DNA from: Saccostrea echinata
Taxonomy: Eukaryota
Length of the DNA stretch: 64,000 bases
Assembly: GCF_033153115.1 (NCBI RefSeq)
Contig: NW_026889772.1
Coordinates: forward strand, 10,726,001-10,790,000
Direction: 5' to 3'
The notes under the pieces: generated by a model
Told to the model about the DNA's origin: nothing
Database searches by the model: none
Seen by the model: only the letters and a program-made list of their open reading frames with translations
Program-made: the position numbers and the translations under genes
Part shown: one piece after another, positions 1 to 13,022 of the stretch
How the letters are laid out: each line of letters opens with the position of its first letter
Numbering within the stretch: position 1 is the stretch's first letter

Positions 1-405
1 TCTCTCATTAGTCATTTCATCATGTAACTTCATCCTTTCACCCTCAGTAGAGTCCTTAATGGGGCTTCTTGCTGAGGATACATTACATTCATGTTTCAAA
101 CCAGCTCTCATGGCATGATCATTTAATTTGTTGGCACTATTTTCCAACATTGATCTGGGCTCATTATTCCAATTTTCTGAATAATTCTTGGTTTTGCTGA
201 AAGACTTTTCAGGGGGACCTTTATTATCTACATAGGTGACAATGGTAAACTCCTCATTTTCACCATTTACCAAACCGTTATGACCACCATAGCAAATTTT
301 TTCAGATTTGGCTTCGTCAAAGGCCGTTCCTAGCTGGTATTCCTTGAGAAAGCTGAATGCCTCACTGATGCTTGATGGATTTGCTCCGTGACTGGTCTGT
401 GCCAT
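1..405 (-). CDS. First coding exon of an unidentified gene, running off the left edge
   Basis: ATG at 405, then 135 stop-free codons to the window edge (MAQTSHGANPSSISEAFSFLKEYQLGTAFDEAK...). A ttttctAG acceptor lies at 441-442, so the exon starts at 440. No recognisable domain. Confidence 0.7.
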   Translation of the reverse strand, partial: MAQTSHGANPSSISEAFSFLKEYQLGTAFDEAKSEKICYGGHNGLVNGENEEFTIVTYVDNKGPPEKSFSKTKNYSENWNNEPRSMLENSANKLNDHAMRAGLKHECNVSSARSPIKDSTEGERMKLHDEMTNER

Positions 406-2246
406 TACATTGAGTCTTGAGTGTCCTACATCATGAGAAACTAGAAAATTCCAAGGAAGAAATTATAACCATATAAAAGATTTATCTAATTTTATAAGAT
501 GTATAGATAATATCACTTGTGCAAAATTTCTGTGCATACTAACTTAGTGCATATGGTACAAAGTTTAGTTGTTTTTTTAAAATAACCACATTTCACAAAA
601 CAAAATACCGGTACAAACATACATATAGCTTTTCTAAAATTTACAATTATCACGATAAGAAAATGAACAAAAGATCAATTGTGAGTAGCATTTGAAAGCA
701 TCATCCTTAAAATCATAATGGTTGGTAGTCACTCCAGTGACAATTCCAATTGTTACCCTCAGTTATACTTCATGTATACTTTATTTCTGAAGCCAATTTG
801 AAAGAACTAAGATTTGGAAATGGTTATCAATAGCCAGGTAATTGGTCCAATTTAATGACTTATCTACCATATATGCCTGTATGCCAAAGCATTTATGAAA
901 ATGCATCATCAAATGGGAGGGGGTATCATTTTGTGAGACCAGTGCTCACTGCTCACAGTACCTCTAGTTTAAATTTAATTTGAAGAAAAAGCTGAAAAAT
1001 AAAATAAGCCATTCTCTAAGTCTCTTAAAATAATGTCTATGATGTGCACTACAATCATTAAAGAAGTTAAAAAGTATGTCTAATTATTAAAATCTGTATT
1101 AGATGTACATGTACATACTTTGTACAAGTTTCAAAGACTGAACTCCTAACTCAAACTTCAATACATTATGTCAATTTTATTCTTTGATTAGGGCAGCATT
1201 TAAATATTATGTGAATTCAATAGAATTGCAGGAATAAGGTATGGTATGAACAGTTTTATATACCCATGTAGACCATTCAGGTAAATAATGTCCCTACACA
1301 TACAACCATTTTACCTAATAATAAACTTGATCATTTGATTATTAAGTGTCATTCAAAGCCATCAGAAAAGGGGTATTTGGGTCAATCACACTCCTTTTTT
1401 ATAAAAACCTTGAAAATACATGATCATTTTTGAAACAAAATAAATTAATTATTTATCTTTTTGATAAAATGTTTCTAGAATTCCTTATCTAATTAAATTT
1501 GTGCAATAATGACTTCAAGAATGCACTAGATCCCACCAAAATGGAAAAAAAACGACTATGGGAAAGGGGTACCCCTCCCAGACCATCCTCAGTGCCACCC
1601 TTTCCAGAAATCTGGCCATGGACCTGACTGTATGTGTCTTTTTATTTCATTTTTAATCACAAAAAAACTTCCCCAGTACATTTTCCCTTTATGTATATGT
1701 TATTTATGAATTATATAATTAATTTTACAGAGGACTGCATGATCACAGGACTACCTGTCACAACAGTTATATCACGTATCATTATGCTTCATTTGTACTG
1801 TTAATTGCTTTATCCACTCACAATCTTCGAGTTTGTTAAGCTTAATACAAAAAATTTCGTAGATTAATGGCTTCTAAAGAGGCAACAAAATTTCATGAAT
1901 AAATTCTTTAAAAAATTAGTAGAAATAATTCATATACCTGTAACATACTTGTAATGTCAGGAAAATCAAAGTAATTGGTAAGGGTATAGTTCTATTGCTG
2001 TTTAGTCCAATAGCCAGGTCATTTTGAGTAATAGCTGTTATGAATATATAGTAGGTGATGGGGTTCTGAGAACAGTCTTGCATTTAACGAGGTTCGTTCC
2101 TGAGCTTTTGGGCAGATTTTTGTGTAGACCTCTATCTAAAAAATTCTGCATAATGTTTTAGTTCTTACAATAAATTTGGATTCTGCAATGCTAATTTAAC
2201 TATATATTCAATTAAAACCCCATGATTAAATTCCATACTGAAAGCA

Positions 2247-3030
2247 TTAAGTTAGGAACTATATTTTGTTGCGAAAGGTTTTATAGAAGAAAATGATCAA
2301 TTTTTCTCATTCGAAATATTTACAGTCTTGTTAAGTTTGGATTCCTATTTTTACATGCAGTCTGCACACAAAGTTATTTTGAGCAGTGAAATGTTTTATG
2401 CTGGTCCTAAACAATATATAAAATTAACCGTCATGAATTCTGTCATCATATTGGACAAATATAACAAATATATTGTGAAAGTCCTGGGAAAAAAATAGCC
2501 CATTTTAGGCTAAAAATTAGCACTATTTTAGTTATATCTAAAAATTAACATCACAGACCCCCACTTTTAATTTTATTTTCTGAATAAACAACATAATTTT
2601 AACTATTCTGTTTAAACTCAGAAAAATGTCATTACTCTCAAATGATTTTATTGCTTGTTAAATTTTTAATGCCAGAAAAATGACATTTTTTGAGTGCAAA
2701 AAGGTCAAATAATTGACTATGCGAAGTAATTTAAAACTTTTTTTGTTGTCACAAATTTTAAAGAGACTATTCAAGACGAAAAAAGTCTGTATTTGTTCCC
2801 ATACTTTATTTGGATAAAAATTATTAGAGGAAAAACTTTGAAAAATTGATTTATGTGTTAGACGTAATTACAGTGCAAAAAGGTCATATTAAATGCTCCG
2901 TATCGCCGAAAAAAGCGCATTGACCCCCATTTTTGGTTTTGATTTTTAATTAAGCTATGTGTCTAGATTCCAAAAATATACCTGATAAAAAATTCTCAAT
3001 ACTTTTGAGAACAGGATCCAACCTCCTTAA
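2247..3030. mobile_element. TTAA-flanked non-autonomous DNA element (Kolobok-like)
   Basis: Begins ttaagttagg and ends acctccttaa, with weak terminal inverted similarity and no ORF. Confidence 0.35.
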
Positions 3031-3818
3031 GTATGGAAATTTTCATTCATGACTGGTTGCTTCCCACTCCCTCCAATTTGTTTCAGTAAAATTGAACTGA
3101 AAATTTTAATATTAACCCCCGTTCCACAAAAAAGGATTTACTGAGTCATCAAAGTAACCCCTCCCCCCCCCCAGGTTTTTCAAATTTGACAATGCAGATT
3201 TTTTATTGCTAGCAAATTACCGCCTCCCCCTTTTCCCCAACAATGCGAATGAGTCAACTCACCTATCTTTTATTTTTATGTCCTTATAATCTCCCCTTGT
3301 ATTCTACTTTATTCAAGAATGCTTTGAAAGAAGAAGCAGTCAATTCATTTCTGAAATAATTGTAAGTTCGACTGAGAAATGAAAATACCAAACAAATTTG
3401 AATCAGGTGAACCCAGACCAGGTGAGCCACCAAGGTATGGAACCATGGGTGCCTGAAGACACCTACCCTACATCTACCTCATACACTACTTTCTTCATAA
3501 ACAGCTATATTTTATGTGTAATATATACATTGTATGATTCTATATACATGCATATTAAGAAGCTCTGTCGTATGTATAATTTTTGACTGACAGTGATAGA
3601 TTTGTTTAAATTGAACTTAAAAATCTTCCACATGATATTGTCAACATTACAGCTCTAGAAGTAGGTCACAATACTAAAAGACACGTCTTAATTTATTCAG
3701 AATTTTAATTTAAAGAAATATCACGCTAACCTTCCAAAACTAAACATTTTTCAGAAGTCATTTTCTTCTTTTTTTTTCCACAAAAAACAAAATGTGGTAA
3801 GACCCAAGTCCCCCTTAC

Positions 3819-3890
3819 CTTATCAGACGACGACAGGCTTGTTTACGCTCTACTACACACGATACACTTCCTGGTTTTAATTTAGATTGG
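3819..3890 (-). promoter_or_regulatory. Probable non-coding first exon and promoter of the left-edge gene
   Basis: AG|GTAAGG donor at 3818. The segment is CpG-rich, with an ETS-type CAGGAAGTG at about 3865-3873 and CCAAT at about 3886-3890. Splicing to 440 places an in-frame stop upstream of the ATG at 405. Confidence 0.5.
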
Positions 3891-4232
3891 TTTAAGTTTA
3901 TCTTTTTAGTATTCTAAAACGGAACCAGTTTCGTTATTGAAAAATCAATGTTCTTGCGCGAGCAAAATAGCTAGCTTCACTTCCTATCGCAGTGTAGAAA
4001 ACCAGACCTTTTTATTCAACTGACTCACCAAAAATATCCGTATAACCAAAGTTAACGAATAAACTAAATTGCTAGTAATTAAAACAAGGAATTCCATAAT
4101 CTAAAAATAACGTTATTATAGTTGGTGAAGTATCATTCATTCAAAGGGAAAAGGCAACAGCGCCCCCCCCCCCCTTTATTCATCAGTCCAACGTATCTTT
4201 ACTTAATTTGTTTCCCTTCAACACTCGTAGTG

Positions 4233-4263
<31 letters not shown>

Positions 4264-4487
4264 GTTTGTTTGTTTTTGTTGTTGTTTTTTTTGTTTTTTG
4301 GTTGAAAAATTAAAATATCACTGTCTGATTGAATGAAGGTTTAAATCTAAGTCATATATATATAGACACTCCCCACTTATTATAAAATATGAAGATAACG
4401 AACAGTAATTAAGCTAAATTTAAGTCCATTAAACAAATACAGAATGGGAGGAGCAAACACGGACCTCTTAAAATACCAGAGGTGGGA

Positions 4488-4804
4488 CATGCGCGGATCT
4501 AGAAGAGGGGGGGGGGTCCGGACCCCCCCTCCCCCCTGGAATTTGCACAGTTATTAAAAGTATATACAGAAGCAAATAAAAAATGACTTTGGACCCCCCT
4601 AGAAAACGTGGACCCCACCATCGCCACCACGAAATAGATGTTTTTCACGTAGAGAAATGGAATTAGGTGGGGGTTTTTTTTGTTTTTTGTTTTGTTTTGT
4701 TTTTTTTTTTTTTTTGCTCGTCAAGAAATTTTTTGGTTGGAAATTTTTTTGACTAAGGTGGAAACACCCCCCCCCCCCCGAAAAAAATCCTTGATCCGCG
4801 CCTG
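4488..4804. mobile_element. MITE with CATGCGCGGATC...GATCCGCGCCTG termini
   Basis: Imperfect TIRs with G/C-run subterminal motifs; flanks tggga/tgggt. Confidence 0.6.
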
Positions 4805-4847
4805 TGGGTAATCCACGGGAGAGTCGCATCGATTCTCTCAAGGACTC

Positions 4848-5874
4848 CATGCGCGGATCTAGAGGGGGGTTCGGACCCCCTCCTGGAATTTGCAGAGTTA
4901 TTAAAAGTATATTCAATTCAATTCGTTTATTGATCAATTAAGGGCCCTCATGGGGCAAAAAGAAAGTACATTGTTAAAATGTATATAATGATTATGATCA
5001 TACACACGAAATACAATATACATATATATAAGAGGGAAAGAATTGCATATGAAAAATGATTTCAGACCCCCCATAGAGAACGTGGACTCCACCAGCACCA
5101 CTACGAAATAGGTTTGTTAACACATTTGGGACAAGTAAAATTGATGCAAAGCATTAAATCTGCCGCAAAAATATACCAACTTAGCATTTTAAGGAATTTT
5201 CACAAAAGAGAATCCGAAGAAAAATTTCAAAATAGAAAAATTACATGTATGTGGTACATTTCTTTTGCACACTGTTCCATTGCCCTACCTTTTCTGTTCA
5301 TTTTTTAAACTTTAATTTTCAGTGTGATCAATCAAAATAAATAAACTTATGGAAATAAAAATAGAATTGCTCGCAGTAAAAAATAGTATCATAATAAAAT
5401 TATTTGATTCAAAGACTTATCGAAAATTACTAATTATGAAAATCTGAATGCTGGCAAAAAATGGACTTCACATGCTGATATCAAGGATCATTGTCACATG
5501 AAAATGAAGATGATGTATCAAAATAAATGTGAAGTGCAAAAATGAAATCATTGTGACATTTGCAAATTATTGTATTCAAAACAAAATTCACTTACTATTA
5601 ACACCCATTAAGACTAAGCATTAAGCGAATTTTTTAAACTTTTATGCATAACTTTCATGTTTGTCATCAATAAAGAATTATTCCGTCGCAGTAAAGAAAA
5701 AATAACGTCTCAATTCCCCATTTGCACATTCTAACACAACCACAAATAGATCGGCCGCTCCTGCGGCCGATAATAAGGATTTTAGTTTTTTTTCCCCAAG
5801 AAATTTCTGGGTCGTAAATTTTTTGACTGGGGTGGACCCTCCCCCCCTGGAAAAAATTCCTGGATCCGCGCCTG
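4848..5874. mobile_element. Longer MITE of the same family with a 5-bp TSD
   Basis: Termini catgcgcggatc...ggatccgcgcctg; gactc duplicated at 4843-4847 and 5875-5879. Confidence 0.65.
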
Positions 5875-7953
5875 GACTCAAAACCGTGGTTTGCCAGGAT
5901 GCAGGTGCTATGGAGGAGTAAGCATCCCCTGTCGACTGGTCACACTCGCTCTGTATTCTTGTCATGATCGGGCAAACGGAAACTGAAAGTCCATAGACAA
6001 TTTAATGTGAAAATAATGGCCTAAAATTTGTATGAAAAACATCAGTCAACATTTTACTTAACGATAAATTGTATTTGCTGACAAGGTCATTGTATCGACT
6101 ATAAAAATTGCGAAATGCTGACTTGGAGTTGTACAGTACGTGTATGTATTTTCTTTGACTCGATAAGTTTAGTAACTGTACCTACACCCTAAGGAAAGAC
6201 CATCTACAATAGATTTATGTCAGAAATTTATTGAGAAAATTAAGCAGGTCTTCTGTAAGTGATGTGAAAAATCCGGTCTCTGTGATGTTTTTCTTGAACA
6301 CGACAACACTGCTACAAAAAAGTGAAGATAATGAACAGTGAACAATCTTTTAAAAAAAACCGTATAAACAATACAAAACTGAGAACAGGGTATAAAGCAT
6401 GAATCCCTGGAAATTCCAGAGATGGGATTAGGTGCCGAGGAGGAGTAAGCATCCCCTGACGACCACACACACCCGCCGTGACCCATATGTGTTGATCAGG
6501 TAGATAGAATATTCTGTAGTCAAATGAGTATAAAAACAAAGATCTAACAATTGGTATGAAATATGTCAGTCAAAATACGACCCATTTATAGGTTATATTT
6601 GCTAATTAACAAGGTCATTATAACAATCATAGAATTTACGAAACTTTAAAGGAGATTGTTGAAAGCACTGTAACATCAATTTATCTGTCAGTAGACTGCA
6701 TCGATAAAAAAACTTATTCTACTCTGAGCATCCTCTTGAGTATCAAATAACTAGGGAGAAATTAACACCGTATGCAGGTGATAGTGGAATATTACTACAT
6801 AAATAAGGAAGGCGGCCGATAGAAAAGCCAGTTATCCCGTTTGCCATACAGTTTATTTGTTAGCTGGCCCTTAACGTCTTATGTCAGTAAAACATTCAAA
6901 TATGAAACAAATGTGTTAAACTTTGTGGTGTCTTTCATTTCGAGTTCAATGGGAGTCAACATATGAATGGAAGTAATTATTTTTAATCGATAAAACGTCG
7001 TCGATATGAATGTCGAGTTGAAGTGCACATCAATTTTTTTCTTCTTCTCATATAGAAGTTTTTGAATAAATTCTGCTTCATAGGAATATAAAAACAGATC
7101 AGCTATTAAAGGAGCACAATTAGCGCCCATCGAAATTTCAACAGTTTGTTGGAAGACCTGGTCTCCAAATACTACCAAGATGTTGCCATTGAGGAACTCC
7201 AGCATCCTTTTAATATCAATCTCCGAGTATTCGTGTGTAGAATCAGAGTGATTTTTAAAAAAGTAATTTGTTGATGACCAATCACAAGGTATGAAAATTT
7301 CCGAGTTCCAATTTTATTGAAGAAGCAGTTGTCTATGATACCAAAAAACCCCTAGCTTATAATTTATCGTGAGAAATGGCTGTATAAAAGGTAGAAAAAT
7401 CAACCATTTTGCTGTTACAAGCTTTTGTGATTTTAAATTTTCTAAAAGTTCTTTAGAGTTTTTGAAAACCCCACATCTGATTTACACCACTTCTAGAATA
7501 TGCTGTATCACAGTGCATCTGAAGTTTCTACTTTACAGGAGTTAATATTTTGCGAGGAGTGAAGATAGGGGCTTGGTAGAGCATTTGCTGGACAAGGCTA
7601 TGTATTTTTGTGAGGATTGATTTGATTTGAACATATTTTATTGTAATAATACATACAAAAGGATTGGATACAAGTTCTTTCAACTTAATAAATCCTCTCC
7701 TTATTATACAAACAGTGAATACAATATATGATTGTCATAATAAGTAAATTGAGATAATTTACGAAATTTTATGTTGTACATGTAATATATATGAAAAATT
7801 ATAAAGTCACATACTCAGAGTAATCTACCAGAGCTCTAATGTTACATATACACTGATTACAATGTTTATTGAACAAGAAGCTTTCATATTTGATAAAACA
7901 TTTAAAATTTTCATACTGCATATACATATTGAAATCAAAGACACTGTTTTGAA

Positions 7954-10428
7954 TTAGAATCTATCTGATTCTCGAATAAATTTCTGGACACTACAGAAAA
8001 TTTTAATATTTACATCGGTAGACAAAGATTCGTTTCCGCACAATAAAAAATGAGTATCTATTATATTTTGCTGGTTAAGTTGAAGAATAGTGTTTATTAA
8101 GTCATTTCTTGGACGTTCATATTTCTTGCATACAAAGAAAAAATGATAAATGTCTTCAGTTTGGCCGCAAGTACATTTGGGGGAAGAAATTATATTTCTC
8201 CGATACAAGTCGCTATTTAAGATACAGTTGTGTCTTAATTTAGTGTGAATTATATTCCAAAAACGTTTTCCATATGAAAAATAAGAGGGGGGTTTAGAGG
8301 ATGGTGTACAAATACTTTTCTTAAATTGATTGATGGACTTTAATTCCCTTACTCCCAGATTGAGAGAATTCCAGTTATTAATTACGTCTGGGACAAAGGA
8401 TTTTTTTAAAGATTTCAAGTCTACATTTCGGAATTGTGTAGTTTTCTGTATTACGAGTATTGTATGATGAAATGTTCCCTCGAGTATTTGGGAAAATCTC
8501 TTTTAAGTAATCAGGGACAGTGTTATTATGTATTTTAAACATTGTAGTTAATTTAGCTTTCTTCCTTCTCTCTACGAGAGGTTCCCATCCCGTTTCTGAA
8601 TAGAGCGATTCACTAGAAACAAAAATGGGGAGACCTGTAATGATTCGTGCGGCAGTAAGCTGAACTTTTTCTAATTTTTCAATATCATATTGTGTACATC
8701 CATCCCAGACAACGGATGCATATTCAAGGTGAGGCCTAACAAAAGCTATGTACAATTTAGAAAGTGTGTTACGTCCAAGAGTGAATTTGAGTTTTTTCAA
8801 AAGACCAAGTTTTTTATATGCAGTATTTACTATGCTATTAATATATTCAGACCAACTTAAGTCTTGTGAAAAAAGTAGACCAAGATGTTTATGCGTGGAT
8901 ACACACTGTATTTGACATTGTTGAAAATATAGTTTTGGAAGCTCAAATTTTTTTTTAAGTGTAAAGAATATAGCTTTAGTTTTTGAAGGATTAAATTTTA
9001 GTAACCATTTTTTAGACCATTCATCTAAAACTTCTAGATCGTGATTAATATTATATTCTATGTTAGCAACATTTGACGAAGAACTTTGTATAGAATTGTC
9101 ATCTGCAAATAATCTACAAAGTGATAACATGTTTTCTGAAACATCATTTATGTATATTAGAAATAACAAGGGACCAAGGACTGAGCCTTGGGGTACCCCG
9201 GCATTTATAGCCTTGCTAGAAGACAAAGTATCTTTGTACTTTTTGAGTACGATTGTTCAGGTAACTTTGAAACCATTCAAAAAGATTGCCCGAAATTCCA
9301 TACGTTTGTAGTTTAAAAAGAAGACCCTTGTGCCATACTCTGTCGAAAGCCTTTGATAAATCACAAAATATCATACAACATGATTTTCCCTCATCAATAT
9401 TTTTAGCAATACTGTGGTATGTTTCTAGCAATTGGTAAACGGTTGAGTGACCAGGCAGAAAACCTGCCTGGTATTTGTAGAACAAATCATTTGTATGTAA
9501 ATAATTATACACATGCTTAAAAATTATTCTTTCCATAATTTTACTTACGCAGCTCAGTAATGATACTGGTCTATAATTTGATGTTAAAGACGGGTCGTCT
9601 TTTTTGAAAAGAGGCAGTACATGAGCTAGTTTCCAGTGGTATGGGAAAACTTTTTCTTTTAGAGACCTGTTAAATAGTTTACATAATGGTTTTGAAATAG
9701 TCTGGATTGTTGCTTTCAACATTTTATGACTTATGCAATCTGGTCCTATAGCTTTGTTTACCGGAAGTATAGATATCATATCAATTATTTCCTGTTCTTG
9801 AATCACAATATCACTTAGCCTATCATTACATAATGAATATTTTTTCGGTAATTCATTGCCATTGTCATCTATATTAGAAATAGACGGGAAATAGTTGTTT
9901 AGTATTTCAACCTTTTCTAGATCAGAAAATGCTGTTGCTTTATTTCCACTTTCGGATATATAGTGAATGGGCGGTATATCTGATGAAAGTTTAGTGCAGA
10001 AAGCTTCTTTCATTAGCTTCCAGTATAATTTGTTGTTATTTTTATTTGCATCGTTGATTTGTATATCAATATTGTCATAGTAGTTTGACAGCGCATGCTT
10101 TTTCATATTATTAACTTTATTCCTAATTTTACGATAGTTAGCCCAGTCAGAGTCATTTTTAGTTTTCAACGCTTTATTTCGCAATCTATTTCGTATTCTA
10201 ATAAATTTTCTTAAAAGGGAATCAAACCAAGGTTTGTCTTTAGGTCTTATAGTAATTGTTTGTTCGGGTATGCATTCACGAACATATGACAAATATTTTG
10301 AAGAAAAAAGCTCAGTAGCGGAGTTTATGTTTTCTGCATTACAGATTAGCTCATCCCAATCACAAGATTCAATTAAATTATTTAATTTTTCAATGTCTGC
10401 ATTTTTATACTGCCATATTTTATGTTTA
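7954..10428 (-). pseudogene. LINE ORF2 reverse transcriptase and C-terminal portion, frameshifted
   Basis: Three overlapping ORFs (9216-10292, 8378-9226, 7954-8418) carry consecutive RT motifs and a CxC...H...C C-terminal zinc knuckle. Confidence 0.9.
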
Positions 10429-11137
10429 TATCACCGTGCAGAATTGGCCCTTTTTACAAATTTTCTTTTGAACTTTTATTTTGAACTTAAATACAATTTT
10501 TGTCAATTATTTTCATTGAAATTAGTTCTGAATCTTTATTTATTGTTGGATTACGAAATACCGAATTATTTACTTAATTGCATAGTGATACTCTCTGGAC
10601 AATTGTTGAGAACTACAAAGGGACAGAGTGTTAACGCCGTCACCAATTTCTAATACCTTATAAAAACATTCATGTAATTATTTAATTTATCTTTCTTTCA
10701 TGTCCATCTTATCAAAACTTTTCACAGATTGTAATTTACTCAACATATGTCATTTTGTCACTCAATTTACTAATTGTTTTCAAAGAACTCTTTTATCAGT
10801 ATATATAGAAGTATCTGAATTGTATGTGTAGTTCGGAGGCCTGACGCATTACTGGCCAGTTCCGTCTGTGTTCCCCGCATGTATTTCTTGAATGTTAAAA
10901 TTGTTGACCATCATTAAATTAAATGCTTTTATTAATAAACTCGGAAACTAAATTACCCGTTACTTTGGATTTATGATATGTGATTTCGGGAAGAGCCCTA
11001 GGAATACGGCACTACTTCTTCCGGCCCACAGCGCCACTCGTTTTACGCCAACATTCCCTCTTACCCGATCAACGACATATAATATTTTTGACCCAAACTA
11101 CGCGGTCATAAATGGTGGAGAATCCGGGTAGTCCCGG

Positions 11138-11752
11138 ATGAAAGAGAATAGACCACTTAACTACAACCTGAGGCAGCGGAGCCCAAGCTTCGTTAACACA
11201 TCAAAGTCATCAGAGACAGGACAAGAATCAACAAACACAGAGTCTACTGTCGCTGAGTCCCAGCATCAACAGACAGCTACGTCTAACAACACTGCTGGAA
11301 TTCTTCAAGAAACGGGGGCATATCACTCTACGGTGGAAACAGTTGATCAACATGAGAGTGATGAACAACTACCTATAACATCATCAACTCAACCTTCTGA
11401 GGGATCACTGGATCATCATCAAAACATCATCACCGAACCTTCCGAGGAGTCTCAGAATCCTCATCAGAGTGTCGAACAATCTAATAACAGCATAGTCGCT
11501 GATATTTCTGAAGAAAATTTAACTCTTCTTCAACCAAACACTATGACAACTGTCCAACCTAACAAATTCAATGGCAGTGAGTCACCATGCATCTGGCTTT
11601 CGAAATTAACTGCATGGCAGAAGTCGAACAAACTAACAGACAAAACGGTGCTGGACTACATACCCTGCCTGCTAGAGGGAAGTGCAGGAACATGGTTCCA
11701 GATGGGATGGGCGTGCAAGCGCAGACACAGGACCAGATCGTATTTTTACTAG
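11138..11752 (+). CDS. Truncated Gypsy gag-like ORF
   Basis: Starts just after the PBS. PNKFNGSESPCIWL...DYIPCLLEGSAGTWF resembles a Gypsy capsid N-terminus. It then switches abruptly to a short basic tail, and pol is absent. Confidence 0.65.
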   Translation: MKENRPLNYNLRQRSPSFVNTSKSSETGQESTNTESTVAESQHQQTATSNNTAGILQETGAYHSTVETVDQHESDEQLPITSSTQPSEGSLDHHQNIITEPSEESQNPHQSVEQSNNSIVADISEENLTLLQPNTMTTVQPNKFNGSESPCIWLSKLTAWQKSNKLTDKTVLDYIPCLLEGSAGTWFQMGWACKRRHRTRSYFY

Positions 11753-13022
11753 ATTCCAAACTTTTCCTGTCTATTCCACCTAACCCTTCTTATTCTTAAA
11801 CCCCTCTCCTGTGTACACTGTATACGTTTATGTTAAAATTTTAATGATTTCTTGAAATAATTTAGTGCTTCTCAGTAATGGTACCTACTGATACTGACAT
11901 AACTGTACATTGTGCACACTCTTTACCCTACCTTACTCCCTTCTTTCTAGTGTGCTCTGGACAAGAAAAGTACTATGGACGGAAAAACTACTAACACTGG
12001 ACCAACCTGCGAACTCTTTACGCTGCAGACACTACCGCTGTGTCCACATAATTGGACAATACAGACCCCTGAGGACATTTCTTCAGTGAATATTACCACC
12101 TCGTATTTTTTCCTCCGTTACCTACACATTCAGTGCACTAACTTCTCGGTCACTAACAAACATACTAACCGCTCAATGGACGTACCAACAACCATTTTAA
12201 TATCACCTTTTACAGCTTGGAAAATTCGTAACATTCTTAAGCATCCCTACACAGCTTATTTTCTTTTGTCACATCACAACTATTTTCAAATACTGTAAGA
12301 TTTTTTTCCTTTTGGGCATGACTTACTTTAAGTGTGTGAGTGAGATACATTATGTTTTGAGTTTGTTCAGTTGGTATATCTACCACATGCTTTGTACATA
12401 ACTATTTTTTTTTTTTAAGTGTTTTGTTCAGACATTGAGTCACCATACCTTGGTGTGAATATTTTTTTTTGTGTCTCATAGATTGCAAACTTTTGTTTAG
12501 TGTATATATACAAGTCTTTTAAAATTTTTTGATACATTACTTTTATTATCTACGAGCTTGCCACTTATGTAGGATATTTTTCATTTTTATCTTTGAGGAC
12601 AAAGATTTTTCTGACCAAGAGGGAATTATCGTAGTGTAAAATTGACTCTCTGATATATTTTCTATTTTTAGTATAAATTTAGTATAAATTTATTATCAAT
12701 TTCAAATTATTTTTATTTCATTAATTTTTATTTACCAGTTGGTATTTTTATTTACTGCAATAAAATTCATAGCTTTGGATTTAGAAGAAATAATAACTTG
12801 AGGCCCTTTGTCAGTTTTCTTGAGAAAAGTTGTGAAATCAATTAGTGTCATCCTTTCGTGTAAAATCTGTGCTTTTCTTAGTTTTCCGCAAATGGAACTT
12901 TGTTTTCTTAATTACTTAAATTCTATTTTGCCGTAAAGCCCTATTGTTAATCTTCCGTTTGATGTCGAGTATGAGTCCTTTTAGATTAACGCCCTTTTGT
13001 AACAATTAGTGGCAAGAATAAC

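Larger units (their letters stand above)
4385..6130 (-). mobile_element. Penelope-like 3' tail fragment interrupted by MITEs
   Basis: 4385-4487 (gcaaacacggacctc...ccagaggtggga) continues at about 5896 (caggtgc...ggaggagtaagcatcccctg). The same tail occurs at about 6320-6490, 24450-24550 and 32330-32480. Confidence 0.6.
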
